From Myxococcota bacterium (lineage in GTDB: Bacteria; Myxococcota_A; UBA9160; SZUA-336): a stretch of DNA of 64,000 bases. The DNA is taken from positions 32,001 through 96,000 of the forward strand of contig CBDFGR010000001.1 in assembly GCA_965247115.1 (NCBI GenBank). Direction: 5' to 3'. Below are positions 48,466-64,000 of this stretch, piece after piece. The position numbers and the translations under genes were made by a program. The notes below the pieces were generated by a model. The model was not told the DNA's origin. It did not search any database and worked only from the letters and a program-made list of their open reading frames with translations. Positions within the stretch are counted from its first letter, which is position 1; each line of letters begins with the position of its first letter.

Positions 48466-49001
48466 CCTCTCCGCGCGGACGAGTCGTCCCCCTGCTGGTG
48501 GCCGCCGCGCTGGTGGCCACGGCGGCGGGCGTCCTCGCTGGGTTTCGTGGTACGAGCGCGCCCCCGCTCCGGGTGGGGACGCCGGCTCCCAACTTCTCGC
48601 TGCCGTCTCTTACCGGTCCGGATCGCTCGCTGGTGGAGCTGCGAGGCCGGGTGGTGTTCGTCAACTTCTGGGCCACGTGGTGCGCCCCCTGCAAAGAGGA
48701 GGCACCGTCGCTCGATCGCCTGTACCGCAGCTTCCCGCGCGAGAGCTTCGAGATCCTGGCGGTCAGCATCGACGCTGAGGGACAGGACCGGGAGGTGAGC
48801 GAGTTCGGGGTCGACTACGGGCTCTCCTTTCCCATCCTGCTCGATCCCGAGCAACGCACCTACGGGGCGTACAAGGCGAGCGGGGTTCCGGAGACCTTCG
48901 TGATCGGGGTCGACGGACGGGTGATCGAGCGCTTCATCGGACCGCGGGACTGGGACCAGCCGCGCTACGCGAGCGCCGTGCGGCGCCTCATCGATGGCTG
49001 A
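48462..49001 (+). CDS. TlpA/ResA-family thiol-disulfide oxidoreductase
   Basis: [16 protein letters not shown]. Confidence 0.9.
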   Translation: MTSPRGRVVPLLVAAALVATAAGVLAGFRGTSAPPLRVGTPAPNFSLPSLTGPDRSLVELRGRVVFVNFWATWCAPCKEEAPSLDRLYRSFPRESFEILAVSIDAEGQDREVSEFGVDYGLSFPILLDPEQRTYGAYKASGVPETFVIGVDGRVIERFIGPRDWDQPRYASAVRRLIDG

Positions 49002-49323
49002 CCGACGAGCGAAAGGCGCGAGACGGCGCTGGCTGCGCCGAGTGGCCCTGGCCCTTGGCCCCGTGCTCGCACTGAGCGGGGCTTCCGTCGCGCTGGTGCT
49101 CGACCGCGAGGACGGGTTACGGACGCTGATCGACCTGCGCCGCCAGGCTCGCGACGCCCACACGCGTGTCGATCGCTTGAGTGCCGAAAAGCAGCGCCTC
49201 TCCTCGCTCGTGAGCGGCCTGCGCTCGGACCCCGAGCAGGTGGAAGCCGCCGCGCGCAGCCGGCTAGGCATGCTGCGGCCAGGAGAGGTCGTCGTTCGCA
49301 TGCCGAACACCGGCGGGCGTTGA
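48994..49323 (+). CDS. FtsB/DivIC-family septum formation initiator
   Basis: TM + coiled coil + VEAAARSRLGMLRPGE. Confidence 0.8.
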   Translation: MADRRAKGARRRWLRRVALALGPVLALSGASVALVLDREDGLRTLIDLRRQARDAHTRVDRLSAEKQRLSSLVSGLRSDPEQVEAAARSRLGMLRPGEVVVRMPNTGGR

Positions 49324-49344
49324 GGCCGCCCGGGGACGCCGGCC

Positions 49345-51021
49345 GTGGATCGTGAGGTGCGCGAACGGCTGCTGGAACGGGTCAGGGAGGCGGCGGCGAG
49401 CGTCGTTCGTGAGATCGACGCGACCTGCCTCGACCGGCTCGACTCGGTTCAGGTAGTTCCCAGCAAGGGCCCGGAGCACGGAGACTTCGCCAGCAACGCG
49501 GCGATGGTGCTCGCCAAGGCGCTTGCCAAACCCCCGCGCGAGATCGCGCAGCGGATCCAGCGAGTGCTCGGCGAATCCGACGCGCTCGTGGCCAAGACCG
49601 AGGTTGCTGGCCCCGGCTTCCTGAACTTCTTCCTCGTGCCCACGCACTGGAACGAGCTGCTCGTGCGCATTCTCGAGGACGCTCCGGCCTTCGGTCGCAG
49701 CGACGAGGGCCAGGGGCAACGCGTGATGGTGGAGTTCGTCTCGGCCAATCCCACGGGACCTCTCACGATCGGGCACGGACGCAATGCAGTGCTCGGAGAC
49801 TGCATAGCGAACCTGTTGGAGGCGACCGGGTACGAGGTCGTGCGCGAGTACTATTTCAACGATGGCGGTCGCCAGATGCGTGTGCTCGCGCAGTCCCTCC
49901 GGGCTCGGTACGAGCAAGAGCTCGGCCTGGAAGCAGAGCTGCCAGAGGAGGGCTACCAGGGCGACTATCTGGTCGACGTGGCGAGACAGCTCGCCCGTGA
50001 AGAGGGGCGGGGCTGGCTCGAGAGCGACGAGAAGTGCTTCCGGGAGCGCGCGCAGGCGGCCATGTTCGAGGACATCGGTCGAACCCTCGACCGGCTCGGC
50101 ATCCACTTCGACAAGTACACGAACGAGCAGTCCCTGTATGACGAGGGGCGCGTCGAGTTGGCGCTCGAGGACCTCGGGGCGACAAACCTCGTCTTCGAGA
50201 GCGACGGGGCCGTCTGGCTGCGCTCGACCAGCCTCGAGCTCCCGCGGGACCGGGTGCTGGTGAAGTCGACCGAGGAGCCCACGTACCTGCTGCCCGACAT
50301 CGCCTACCACCGCGAGAGCTTGCGCCGCGGCTACGCGGCGATCATCGATGTGCTCGGCCCGGATCACATCGAGCAGTTCCCCTACGTGCGCGCCGCGATC
50401 TCCGCTCTCGGTGAGGACGCGGACAGGATCGAGGCGGTCATCTACCAGTGGGTCAACCTGCGGCGCGGTGGGGAGCTCGTGAAGATGTCGACGCGCAAGG
50501 CGTCCTTCGTGACCGTCGACGAGCTGCTCGACGACGTGGGCTCCGATGTGTTCCGGTACTTCATGATCGAGCGTCGCGGTGAGACGCATTTCGACTTTGA
50601 CGTGGAGCTCGGACGCGAGCGCTCGGAGCGCAACCCCGTCTACAAGATCCAGTATGCGCACGCTCGCCTGTGCAGCATCCTGCGCCTCGCCCCCGAGCGA
50701 GGACTCGAGCTCGGGACCCCAGAGCAGATCGACTGGCAGCGCCTCGAGGCGCCCGCGGAGCTGGAGCTCTGCAAGCTGCTGGATCGCTTCCCCGAGCTCG
50801 TCGCGCACGCGGCAAAAGCCAGGGAGCCCATGGAGGTCGCACGCTACCTGCTCGACCTGGCGACCGCCTTCCACAGCTACGTCTCGGATGGCGTGCGTCA
50901 CCGTGTGCTGTCCGATGACCGCGAGCTGTCCATGGCCCGCCTCGGTCTGGTGCGCGCGATCCGCAGCACGCTGGCGAACGGACTGGGCCTGCTCGGCATC
51001 GAGGCGCCGGAGCGGATGTGA
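49345..51021 (+). CDS. argS: Arginine--tRNA ligase
   Basis: SANPTGPLTIGHGR, KMSTR, IQYAHAR, APERM. Confidence 0.97.
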   Translation: MDREVRERLLERVREAAASVVREIDATCLDRLDSVQVVPSKGPEHGDFASNAAMVLAKALAKPPREIAQRIQRVLGESDALVAKTEVAGPGFLNFFLVPTHWNELLVRILEDAPAFGRSDEGQGQRVMVEFVSANPTGPLTIGHGRNAVLGDCIANLLEATGYEVVREYYFNDGGRQMRVLAQSLRARYEQELGLEAELPEEGYQGDYLVDVARQLAREEGRGWLESDEKCFRERAQAAMFEDIGRTLDRLGIHFDKYTNEQSLYDEGRVELALEDLGATNLVFESDGAVWLRSTSLELPRDRVLVKSTEEPTYLLPDIAYHRESLRRGYAAIIDVLGPDHIEQFPYVRAAISALGEDADRIEAVIYQWVNLRRGGELVKMSTRKASFVTVDELLDDVGSDVFRYFMIERRGETHFDFDVELGRERSERNPVYKIQYAHARLCSILRLAPERGLELGTPEQIDWQRLEAPAELELCKLLDRFPELVAHAAKAREPMEVARYLLDLATAFHSYVSDGVRHRVLSDDRELSMARLGLVRAIRSTLANGLGLLGIEAPERM

Positions 51022-51518
51022 GGATCTTGACCGCCACTCTCCTGCTTGCCGTCGGCGGGGGCGCAGGGCTCGTGCTGGGCTCGCTGCTCGAAGCTCCCCG
51101 GCTACTGCTCCAGAGCTGGCTCGGACCCGTGGTACGTGTCGAGCTTCAGGGCGCCGCCCCGGGCCCGACCACCGAGGTTCTCCTGACGGAGTTCAACGCC
51201 ATTCAGCACGCGCCGCTCCCAGCTGTCGCCGCGGCGCCTGTGTCCGAGACGACGCCTGTGTCCGAGACGGCCGAGACAATTGGGCCCCGCGAGTCGGGGC
51301 CCGTCGTACAGGTGCGGGCGTACCGCGAACGCAGCGAGGCCGAGCGCTTGGTCGGGGAGCTCCGCGCGCGGGGCTTTCAGGCGTTCATCAGCCGGACCCG
51401 AGGGGATGCGGGTACGCGCTCCCGCGTTCGTGTCGCACCGCTTGACGGAGAGCCGATCTCCCGGCTGAGCGAGCGGCTCTCCGCCCTCGGCTACGAGACC
51501 TGGACGACGATCGAGTGA
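51018..51518 (+). CDS. SPOR-domain protein
   Basis: N-terminal TM, VQVRAY...AERLVGELRARGF...RVRV; follows argS. Confidence 0.75.
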   Translation: MRILTATLLLAVGGGAGLVLGSLLEAPRLLLQSWLGPVVRVELQGAAPGPTTEVLLTEFNAIQHAPLPAVAAAPVSETTPVSETAETIGPRESGPVVQVRAYRERSEAERLVGELRARGFQAFISRTRGDAGTRSRVRVAPLDGEPISRLSERLSALGYETWTTIE

Positions 51519-52373
51519 GCAGCTGGCTGCTGACCGGCGCGAACGGACAGCTCGGGCGCTCTGTCATGGAGCGTGCATCCGAGCTTGGCGTAGACGTGCG
51601 CCCCTACGCGCACGCGGAGCTCGACGTGACGGATGCCGAAGCCGTAGCCTCTGCTATCGAGGAGGCGCGGCCCGGCGTGGTGCTGAACTGCGCCGCATTC
51701 ACGAACGTGGACCTCTGCGAGGAGCGGGTCGAGGAGGCGCAGCGGGTGAACGAGCTCGCTCCCGGAGTGCTGGCCAACGCGTGCAAGGGCGGGCCACTTC
51801 TGGTTCACGTGAGCACGGACTACGTCTTCGACGGCGCGTCGCCGTGTCACCTGACGGAGGACGCCCCCACGAGGCCACTCGGTGTCTACGGGCGCACGAA
51901 GCTCGGAGGCGAGCGCGCCGTGCGCAGGTCGGGGGCCGATCACCTGATCGTGCGCAGCCAGTGGCTCTTCGGGCCGGGACCGAACTTCGTGCGCACCATT
52001 CTGGCGCGTGCGATCGAGGGCGTGGCGCTGCGGGTGGTCGACGACCAGATCGGACGGCCGACCTGGACCGGCTCGCTTGCGGCCGCGATCTTCCAGGCTG
52101 TTGAGCTCGGAGCGCGGGGCGACCTGCACCTCGCCTCGGAGGGTGTCGCCAGCTGGTACGATTTCGCTCGAGAAGCCATCATCGAAGCTGCGCGTAGAGG
52201 GCTGGTTCGACCGGTCGCCGTCGAGCCGATCCCCACCCGAGAGATGCCGCGCCCGGCCGCGCGCCCCGCGCACGCCGTGCTCGGCCTCGAGCGCGCCAGG
52301 AGACTGGGCGTCGCGCTGCCGCACTGGCGCCAGGCGCTGGTCGGGTATCTGGAGCGGGAGGCGGGAGGCGAAG

Positions 52374-52381
<8 letters not shown>
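51515..52381 (+). CDS. rfbD: dTDP-4-dehydrorhamnose reductase
   Basis: [21 protein letters not shown]. Confidence 0.93.
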
Positions 52382-53315
<934 letters not shown>

Positions 53316-53318
53316 CGC

Positions 53319-55133
53319 GTGCGAGAGTTTCAACAGAGCCAGATCCGCAACTTTGCCATCATCGCCCACATCGATCACGGCAAGTCCACGCTCGCGGATC
53401 GTCTGCTCGAGGCCACGGGGACGCTCTCCGAGCGGGAGAGGGTCGACCAATTCCTGGACAAGATGGAGCTGGAGCGAGAGCGCGGCATCACCATCAAGGC
53501 GCAGACGGCTCAGATGCGCTATTGCGCGAGGGATGGCGAGGAGTACCTGCTCAACCTGATCGATACGCCGGGCCACGTCGACTTCCAGTACGAGGTGTCG
53601 CGCTCCCTCGAGGCTTGTGAGGGGGTGCTCCTGGTCGTCGACGCGGCGCAGGGAGTGGAGGCTCAGACCGTCGCCAACGCGGAGGTGGCGATCCTAGCGG
53701 GACTCGAGCTCATCCCCGTGATCAACAAGACCGACCTCCCGAACGCCGATCCCGAGCGGATCCTGCGCGAGATCGAGGAGATCGTGGGCATCCCGACTGC
53801 TGACGCCCTCTGCATCTCCGCCAAGACGGGAGCCGGGATCGACCTTGTGCTCGAGGCGATCACGGCCCGCGTTCCCGAGCCTTCGGGAGACCCCGATGGT
53901 CCGCTCAGAGCGTTGATCTTCGACAGCTGGTACGACTCCTATCTCGGCGCGACGATGCTCGTGCGTGTGGTGGACGGCCAGCTCGAGCGGGGAGTCAGGC
54001 TGCGAATGCTCGCGACCGGCGCGGAGCACGACGCGGGCTTTGTGGGCGAGCTCGTTCCGGACGTCCACGCGGTCGAGCGGGTTGGCTGCGGACAGGTGGC
54101 GGTGCTGGCCGCCAGCATCCGCGATCCGAAGGCGGTACAGATCGGAGACACCCTCACCGAGGCGGCGCGTCCGGCCGCCGAGCCTCTTCCGGGTTTCCAG
54201 CCGATGCAGCCCATGGTCTGGAGCGGGCTCTACCCTGCGGATCCGGCCCACTACGATGCCCTGCGCGCGGCGATTGCGAAGCTGCAGCTGAACGACTCCT
54301 CGTTCTCCGCCGAGCCGGAGACCAGCGAGGCGCTCGGCTTCGGCTTCCGCTGTGGCTACCTCGGCCTGCTGCACATGGAGATCGCCCAGGAGCGGCTCGA
54401 GCGCGAGTACGGGCTCGACCTGATCATCACCGCGCCCACGGTCGTCTATCGGGTCGTGAAGAGCGACGGTGCGGAGATCGAGATTCACCGACCCAGCGAC
54501 CTGCCCCCTGCCGGCGAGATCCGCGAGATCCTCGAGCCCCGGATCCTGGCGCAGATTCACGTGCCTGCCGAGTACCTCGGCGCCGTGCTGGCCCTGTGCC
54601 AGGCCCGTCGCGGCGTCCAGCAGGAGCTCGTGGTCCACGGCGACAATCGGGCCGTCGTGCGCTACGAGCTGCCCCTGGCGGAGGTGGCGGTCGACTTCTA
54701 CGATCGGCTCAAGAGCTCGACGCGGGGCTACGCGTCCATGGGCTACGACCTGAGCGGCTTCGAGCCCGAGAGCCTGACCAAGGTCGACGTGGTCGTGAAC
54801 GGCGACCGGGTCGACGCGCTCTCGATCATCGTGCACCGCGACTCCGCCTACCGACGTGGGCTTGCTCTGATCCGAAGGATGAAGGAGCACATCCCGCGGC
54901 AGATGTTCGAGGTGGCGATCCAGGCGGCGCTGGGCACGAAGGTCATCGCGCGTGTCACCGTCAAGGCGCTGCGCAAGAACGTGACCGCGAAGTGCTACGG
55001 CGGCGACATCACGCGGAAGAAGAAGCTGCTCGAGAAGCAGCGCGAGGGAAAGCGGCGGATGAAGCGCATCGGCAACGTGGAGATCCCGCAGGCCGCGTTC
55101 CTCGCGGTCCTGTCCAGCGACGAGGGGGGATAG
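53319..55133 (+). CDS. lepA: Elongation factor 4
   Basis: IIAHIDHGKSTLADR, KCYGGDITRK. Confidence 0.98.
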   Translation: MREFQQSQIRNFAIIAHIDHGKSTLADRLLEATGTLSERERVDQFLDKMELERERGITIKAQTAQMRYCARDGEEYLLNLIDTPGHVDFQYEVSRSLEACEGVLLVVDAAQGVEAQTVANAEVAILAGLELIPVINKTDLPNADPERILREIEEIVGIPTADALCISAKTGAGIDLVLEAITARVPEPSGDPDGPLRALIFDSWYDSYLGATMLVRVVDGQLERGVRLRMLATGAEHDAGFVGELVPDVHAVERVGCGQVAVLAASIRDPKAVQIGDTLTEAARPAAEPLPGFQPMQPMVWSGLYPADPAHYDALRAAIAKLQLNDSSFSAEPETSEALGFGFRCGYLGLLHMEIAQERLEREYGLDLIITAPTVVYRVVKSDGAEIEIHRPSDLPPAGEIREILEPRILAQIHVPAEYLGAVLALCQARRGVQQELVVHGDNRAVVRYELPLAEVAVDFYDRLKSSTRGYASMGYDLSGFEPESLTKVDVVVNGDRVDALSIIVHRDSAYRRGLALIRRMKEHIPRQMFEVAIQAALGTKVIARVTVKALRKNVTAKCYGGDITRKKKLLEKQREGKRRMKRIGNVEIPQAAFLAVLSSDEGG

Positions 55134-55140
55134 GGCTATA

Positions 55141-55947
55141 ATGCGAGAGGAGTCGGGTATGTCGACGGAGGCGAAGACGGAGACGAGGGAGCGCGGCTCT
55201 TTCGAGACCGTGCGCGCCGTACTGGTCGCCGCCCTGATCGCTCTGTTCATCCGCTCCTTTGTTGTCGAGCCTTTCAAGATCCCCTCAGGCTCCATGATTC
55301 CGACGCTGCTAGTCGGCGACTACGTGCTCGTCAACAAGTTCTCGTACGGCGTGCGGCTGCCTTTCACAGGGACCCTGCTGTTCGGGAAGTCCAGGCCCGA
55401 GCGCGGAGACGTGATGGTGTTCCGCTATCCCGACGATCCGAGCCAGGACTTCATCAAGCGGGTCGTCGGGGTCTCCGGTGACCGCATCGCGGTGCGCGAC
55501 GGGCGGCTCTGGCTGAACGGCCAGCCCGTAGATCGCATGCCGGACGGCGAGTTCGTATATCGCGATGTGACGAACCAGCGCGAGATCCGGACCAAGCGCT
55601 TCATCGAGCGGACCGAAGAGGTGGACTACACGATCATCCACTCGCGCCCTGGCGCGAGCCGACGCAACGGTCCATGGGTCGTCCCCGAGAACAAGTACTT
55701 CGTGATGGGCGACAACCGGGACAACTCCCAGGACAGCCGGCTCTGGCGTGAGCCCTTCGTCTCCGAGGAGCAGATCAAGGGGCGCGCCTTCATGATCCAC
55801 TGGTCCTGGGTCGTCTCGTACGGCTCCGCGCGGAACCGCAGCTTCATAGCAGACCTGCTGCATACCTTGTGGAGGGTGGTGACGCTGCAGGTGGAGAAAA
55901 TTCGCTGGAATCGAGTTGGTCGCTCGCTCGGCGGTCGCGCGGATTGA
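55141..55947 (+). CDS. lepB: Signal peptidase I
   Basis: IPSGSMIPTL, FIKRVVG, GDNRDNSQDSR. Confidence 0.97.
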   Translation: MREESGMSTEAKTETRERGSFETVRAVLVAALIALFIRSFVVEPFKIPSGSMIPTLLVGDYVLVNKFSYGVRLPFTGTLLFGKSRPERGDVMVFRYPDDPSQDFIKRVVGVSGDRIAVRDGRLWLNGQPVDRMPDGEFVYRDVTNQREIRTKRFIERTEEVDYTIIHSRPGASRRNGPWVVPENKYFVMGDNRDNSQDSRLWREPFVSEEQIKGRAFMIHWSWVVSYGSARNRSFIADLLHTLWRVVTLQVEKIRWNRVGRSLGGRAD

Positions 55948-55972
55948 CGGGGACCGGCGCGTCCGATAGGTT
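55944..55972 (+). promoter_or_regulatory. Putative pyr operon promoter
   Basis: TTGACG-N17-TAGGTT. Confidence 0.55.
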
Positions 55973-55979
55973 CCGGTCG

Positions 55980-56013
55980 CTCTTTTAATCCCATCCGGAG
56001 AGGTGGGGAAAGG
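55980..56013 (+). promoter_or_regulatory. PyrR RNA-binding site overlapping pyrR RBS
   Basis: CTTTTAATCCCATCCGGAGAGGTGGGGAAAGG matches the CUUUAA...UCCNGNGAGG PyrR binding-loop consensus. Confidence 0.75.
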
Positions 56014-56019
56014 CACTCG

Positions 56020-56559
56020 ATGAGCGAGGCCAGGGCCGACTCCGCTCGCGTCGTGCTCGACGCGCCAGGGATACAGCGCGCCGCCACCCGAATCGCGCAC
56101 GAGATCGTAGAGAAGAACGGTGGCACCGAGGCTCTCGTTCTGGTTGCCATCGTCAAGGGCGGCCGCCCCATCGCCGAGCTGATTCGCGATCGTCTGCGCG
56201 AGATCGATGGCAGCGACGTGCCCCTGGGCACCCTCGACGTCACGCTGTACCGCGATGACGTGATCGGTCACGGCCGCCGTCCGGTCCCGAACCCGACGCG
56301 GATGCCCGTCGCGATCGGCGGTAAGCGCATCGTGCTCGTCGACGACGTGATTTTCACGGGCCGGACCGTGCGCGCCGCCATGGACGCGGTCATCGACTTC
56401 GGGCGGCCGGACGCAATCCAGGTGGCCACGCTGGTCGATCGCGGTCACCGGGAGCTCCCGATCCGTGTGGACTTCGTGGGCAAGAACATCCCGACTTCCC
56501 GCTCGGACAAGGTCGTCCTGCAACGCAACCCTGAAGGAGAGCTCGAGGTGGTCGTATGA
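56020..56559 (+). CDS. pyrR: Pyrimidine regulator / uracil PRTase PyrR
   Basis: [33 protein letters not shown]. Confidence 0.97.
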   Translation: MSEARADSARVVLDAPGIQRAATRIAHEIVEKNGGTEALVLVAIVKGGRPIAELIRDRLREIDGSDVPLGTLDVTLYRDDVIGHGRRPVPNPTRMPVAIGGKRIVLVDDVIFTGRTVRAAMDAVIDFGRPDAIQVATLVDRGHRELPIRVDFVGKNIPTSRSDKVVLQRNPEGELEVVV

Positions 56560-57467
56560 GAGGCCTGCTGGGAATCGAGAGCCTCACGCGCCAGGAGATC
56601 GAGCGCATCCTCGATACGAGCGAGGCAATGCTTGAGGTCTCTCAGCGCGAGATCAAGCGCGTGCCGACGCTGCGCGGCAGGACGGTGATCAACCTCTTCC
56701 TCGAGCCCTCGACGCGAACGCGCGTGAGCTTCGAGATCGCGGCCAAACGACTCTCGGCTGACGCCATCAACGTCTCGTCCTCTGGCTCGAGCCTGTCGAA
56801 GTCTGAAACCCTCGCAGACATGGGCCGCAACCTGGCCGCCATGAACGCCGATCTGCTCGTGGTCAGGGATCGGGCGGCGGGCGTACCCAAGATGCTCGCG
56901 GACCGCCTCAACCTGCCGGTCATCAACGCGGGCGACGGTTGTCACGAGCACCCCACGCAGGCGTTGCTCGACGTGTTCACGGTGCGCCAGTCGCTGGGCA
57001 CGCTGGACGGACGCGTCGTGGCTATCGTGGGCGACATCTCGCATAGCCGCGTTGCTCGCTCCGATATCTACGCCTTCACGAAGCTCGGCGCGGAGGTGCG
57101 GGTCGCCGGCCCGCCCACGATGATGCCCGCCGGCGTCGAGCTGCTCGGCGTGAAGCCGTGCTACTCGATGGAGGAGGCTCTAGACGGTGCCGATGTGATC
57201 GTCATGCTGCGGATCCAGCGCGAGCGGCTCGAGCGAGCTCTCTTCCCATCGGTTCGTGAGTACTCCCAGACCTTCGGGCTCAACCTGCGCACACTGGCCC
57301 TGGCCAAGCCCGATGCGATCGTGCTCCACCCCGGGCCGATCAACCGGGGAGTGGAGATCGCGAGCGAGGTCGCAGATTCGGAGCCCTCGCGCATCCTCGA
57401 TCAGGTCACGAACGGGGTCGCGGTCCGCATGGCCGCGCTCTATCTGCTGACGGGAGATGGGGAGTGA
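56556..57467 (+). CDS. pyrB: Aspartate carbamoyltransferase
   Basis: [22 protein letters not shown]. Confidence 0.97.
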   Translation: MRGLLGIESLTRQEIERILDTSEAMLEVSQREIKRVPTLRGRTVINLFLEPSTRTRVSFEIAAKRLSADAINVSSSGSSLSKSETLADMGRNLAAMNADLLVVRDRAAGVPKMLADRLNLPVINAGDGCHEHPTQALLDVFTVRQSLGTLDGRVVAIVGDISHSRVARSDIYAFTKLGAEVRVAGPPTMMPAGVELLGVKPCYSMEEALDGADVIVMLRIQRERLERALFPSVREYSQTFGLNLRTLALAKPDAIVLHPGPINRGVEIASEVADSEPSRILDQVTNGVAVRMAALYLLTGDGE

Positions 57468-58740
57468 GGACACGAATCCGGGGAGTCCGAATCCTGGATC
57501 CGTCGAGCGGGCGCGACGAGCTCGGCGAGCTCGACGTGGACGGGGGTCGGATCGCGGAGCCTGTCGCGCACCAGACGCCCGACGAGGTCGTCGAGGGCGA
57601 CGGCCTCTGGCTGGCGCCCGGGTTCGTCGATCTGCATACGCATCTACGCGAGCCCGGTCAGGAGTACAAGGAGGACATCGCGACGGGTACCCGTGCCGCA
57701 GCGGCCGGCGGCTTCACCGCGGTCTGCGCCATGGCGAACACGGATCCCGTGAACGACAGCCCTGCGGTGACCGAGTTCATCCAGCGCAGGGCCCGGGATA
57801 CCGCCGCGGTGCGCGTGAACGTGATTGCAGCGGCCACCCAGCAGCTGCGCGGCGAGATCATGTCCGAGATGGCGGGCCTCGCGGCGGCGGGTGCGGTGGC
57901 GTTCTCCGACGACGGGGCCGTGATCATGAACGCGGGCGTGATGCGCCGCGTGCTCGAGTACGCCAGGGGCGTCGGCCGTCCGGTCATCGCGCACTGCGAG
58001 GATCTGGAGCTGCGCGGACCGGGCGTGGTCCACGAGGGCGCGCACGCGACCTGTTGCGGTCTGTCGGGCTCCCCCGCCGAGGCCGAGACCGTGATGGTCG
58101 CCCGCGACATCGAGCTCGCTCGTCTCACGGGAGCCCACCTGCACGTCGCGCACGTTTCGGCCGGGCGATCGGTCGAGCTCATCCGTGAGGCCAAGGCCGC
58201 GGGCGTCCGCGTCACCGCAGAGGTGACGCCGCACCATCTCTCGCTCTCCGACGAGGTGATCCGCGACTACGACACGAACACGAAGATGGCCCCGCCGCTT
58301 CGGACGGCACGTGACCGCGAGGCACTGCGGGAGGGGCTGGCGGATGGCACGCTCGATTGCGTGGCCACGGATCACGCCCCCCACGCCAGCTACGAGAAAG
58401 ACGTCGAGTACGGCGAGGCGGCCTTCGGAGTCGTGGGCCTCGAGACGGCTCTCCCCTGTGTGCTCGAGCTCGTACGCGAGGGAAGGCTCTCCCCGCTCGC
58501 TGCGGTGGCCCGACTCTCCACGCAGCCGGCCCGGGTGCTGGGCCTGCGCGGCGGAACCCTGGAGGTCGGAAGCCCCGCGGACCTGGTGCTCGTGGATCCG
58601 GATCAGGTCTGGAAGCTCGAGAGGCGCGACCTGCACTCGCGCTCACACAACTCCGCCTTCCTCGGCCGCGAGCTACGCGGGCGCGCGGTCCTCACCTGGG
58701 TGGGTGGACGCACGGTGTACGCCCTGGACGGGGCTGCGGA

Positions 58741-58744
<4 letters not shown>
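57464..58744 (+). CDS. pyrC: Dihydroorotase
   Basis: [17 protein letters not shown]. Confidence 0.95.
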
Positions 58745-63049
<4,305 letters not shown>

Positions 63050-63058
63050 GGCGCGGCG

Positions 63059-64000
63059 GTGTCGGAGTTTCTCGAGCTGGTTCGCACCATACACGGTCCG
63101 CTGGAGTTCGCGCGCGGGCAGCCCGAGCGGCTGGAACGCACGCCGGGACTGCGCGAGAGCCTGCTCGGCGCGCTGCGACGCGGCGCCGAGCTGCACATCC
63201 CGCCAGAGGCGAAGCGGCGCCTGGAAGCAGCCGCCCGCGCGCTGGAGACGGGCGACGCAGCCCAAGCACTCGAGTTCGCCTCCGAGCGACTCGCCCCGAT
63301 CCTCGATCCCACCTACCCACAGCGGGCGCTCAGCCAGCCAACCGTGCGCCTGCCGGGTGTTGGCCCGAAGACGGCCGATGCCCTGGTCCGAAAGGAGATC
63401 CGGCGCGTCGAAGATCTGCTCTTCTTCCTGCCGCGATCCTACGAGGATCGGCGCGAGCTGTGCTCGATCGAGGCGCTGCAGGTCGGTCGCCCCGCCTGCT
63501 TCCGGGGCACCGTGACCCGGGCCCACGTCGTCTCGAGCCGCAAGGGGCGGAGCTTTCTCCAGGCCGTCGTCAGCGACGACACGGCCTCGGTTCAGCTCAA
63601 GTGGTTCCGAGGGGTCGCGCACTTCCGCGACAGGGTCGTGCCAGGCGCGGAGCTGCTCGTGGCGGGAGACGTGCGCCGCTATCGCTTCGCGAAGGAGCTG
63701 CACCATCCGGAGGTCGAGATCCTGAACGACGCAACGGCTCTCGAGCACCTGTCACGGATCGTTCCCACGTACTCCGCCGTCGAGGGCGTGCCGCCGCGCA
63801 CGCTGCGCCGGCTCGTCCAGGCGGCGGTCGAGCACGCAGGCGACCTGGTCGAGGCCTGGCTACCGCCGGAGGTGACGCGGGAGCTCGCGCTGCCGGAAGT
63901 GGGCCACGCGCTCCGTGAGGTCCACGCGCCGGATCCCGAGCTCGACCCGGAGCAGCTGCGGGAGCGGCGAACGCCCTACCACATGCGCCTGGTCGCGGAG
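63059..64000 (+). CDS. recG: ATP-dependent DNA helicase RecG (N-terminal part, runs off window)
   Basis: Hand translation: LPGVGPKTADALVRKEIRRVEDLLFFLPRSYEDRR...LHHPEVE...IVPTY wedge/OB region. Confidence 0.85.
   Translation, partial: MSEFLELVRTIHGPLEFARGQPERLERTPGLRESLLGALRRGAELHIPPEAKRRLEAAARALETGDAAQALEFASERLAPILDPTYPQRALSQPTVRLPGVGPKTADALVRKEIRRVEDLLFFLPRSYEDRRELCSIEALQVGRPACFRGTVTRAHVVSSRKGRSFLQAVVSDDTASVQLKWFRGVAHFRDRVVPGAELLVAGDVRRYRFAKELHHPEVEILNDATALEHLSRIVPTYSAVEGVPPRTLRRLVQAAVEHAGDLVEAWLPPEVTRELALPEVGHALREVHAPDPELDPEQLRERRTPYHMRLVAE

Noticed and set aside
51235..51269. 18-bp-period tandem repeat in the SPOR gene linker
   Set aside because: Ordinary low-complexity linker duplication (PVSET x2)

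Overview
GC-rich bacterial chromosome segment. Gene order and proteins suggest a deltaproteobacterial/Myxococcota-like host (inference). It has three parts. (1) 1-9891 is the right end of a tRNA-Leu-integrated prophage-like element: a lysis cassette (holin-like protein, lipoprotein, phospholipase-A2-like protein, M15A endolysin), a DUF2946/RAPP leader plus His-rich TonB-dependent receptor, a HigBA-like TA pair, three DNA methyltransferase genes or remnants, and a tRNA 3'-end att site. (2) 9.9-17.2 kb holds accessory and host genes (secreted protein, CadC-like wHTH-TM-TPR regulator, PilZ, DUF222-HNH, rlmB). (3) 17.2-64 kb is core genome: tRNA cluster, tuf, secE-nusG, rplKAJL, rpoBC, str/S10/spc/alpha operons, argS, rfbD, lepA-lepB, pyrR-pyrBC-carAB, start of recG. 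The most striking signal is eight same-orientation copies of a 19-bp quasi-palindrome (nnCGGG-WTGGMTG-CCCGTC) between 5290 and 9691. Each sits just upstream of a minus-strand gene, so the region is cut into one-gene, cassette-like units: an integron-like layout with a non-attC site. Other highlights: a C5 methyltransferase whose motif IX lies in an overlapping frame; rplC missing and rplD N-truncated in the S10 operon; and a RAPP arrest-peptide-controlled metal receptor carried as phage cargo. All calls were made by eye from the sequence and ORF track; no searches were run.
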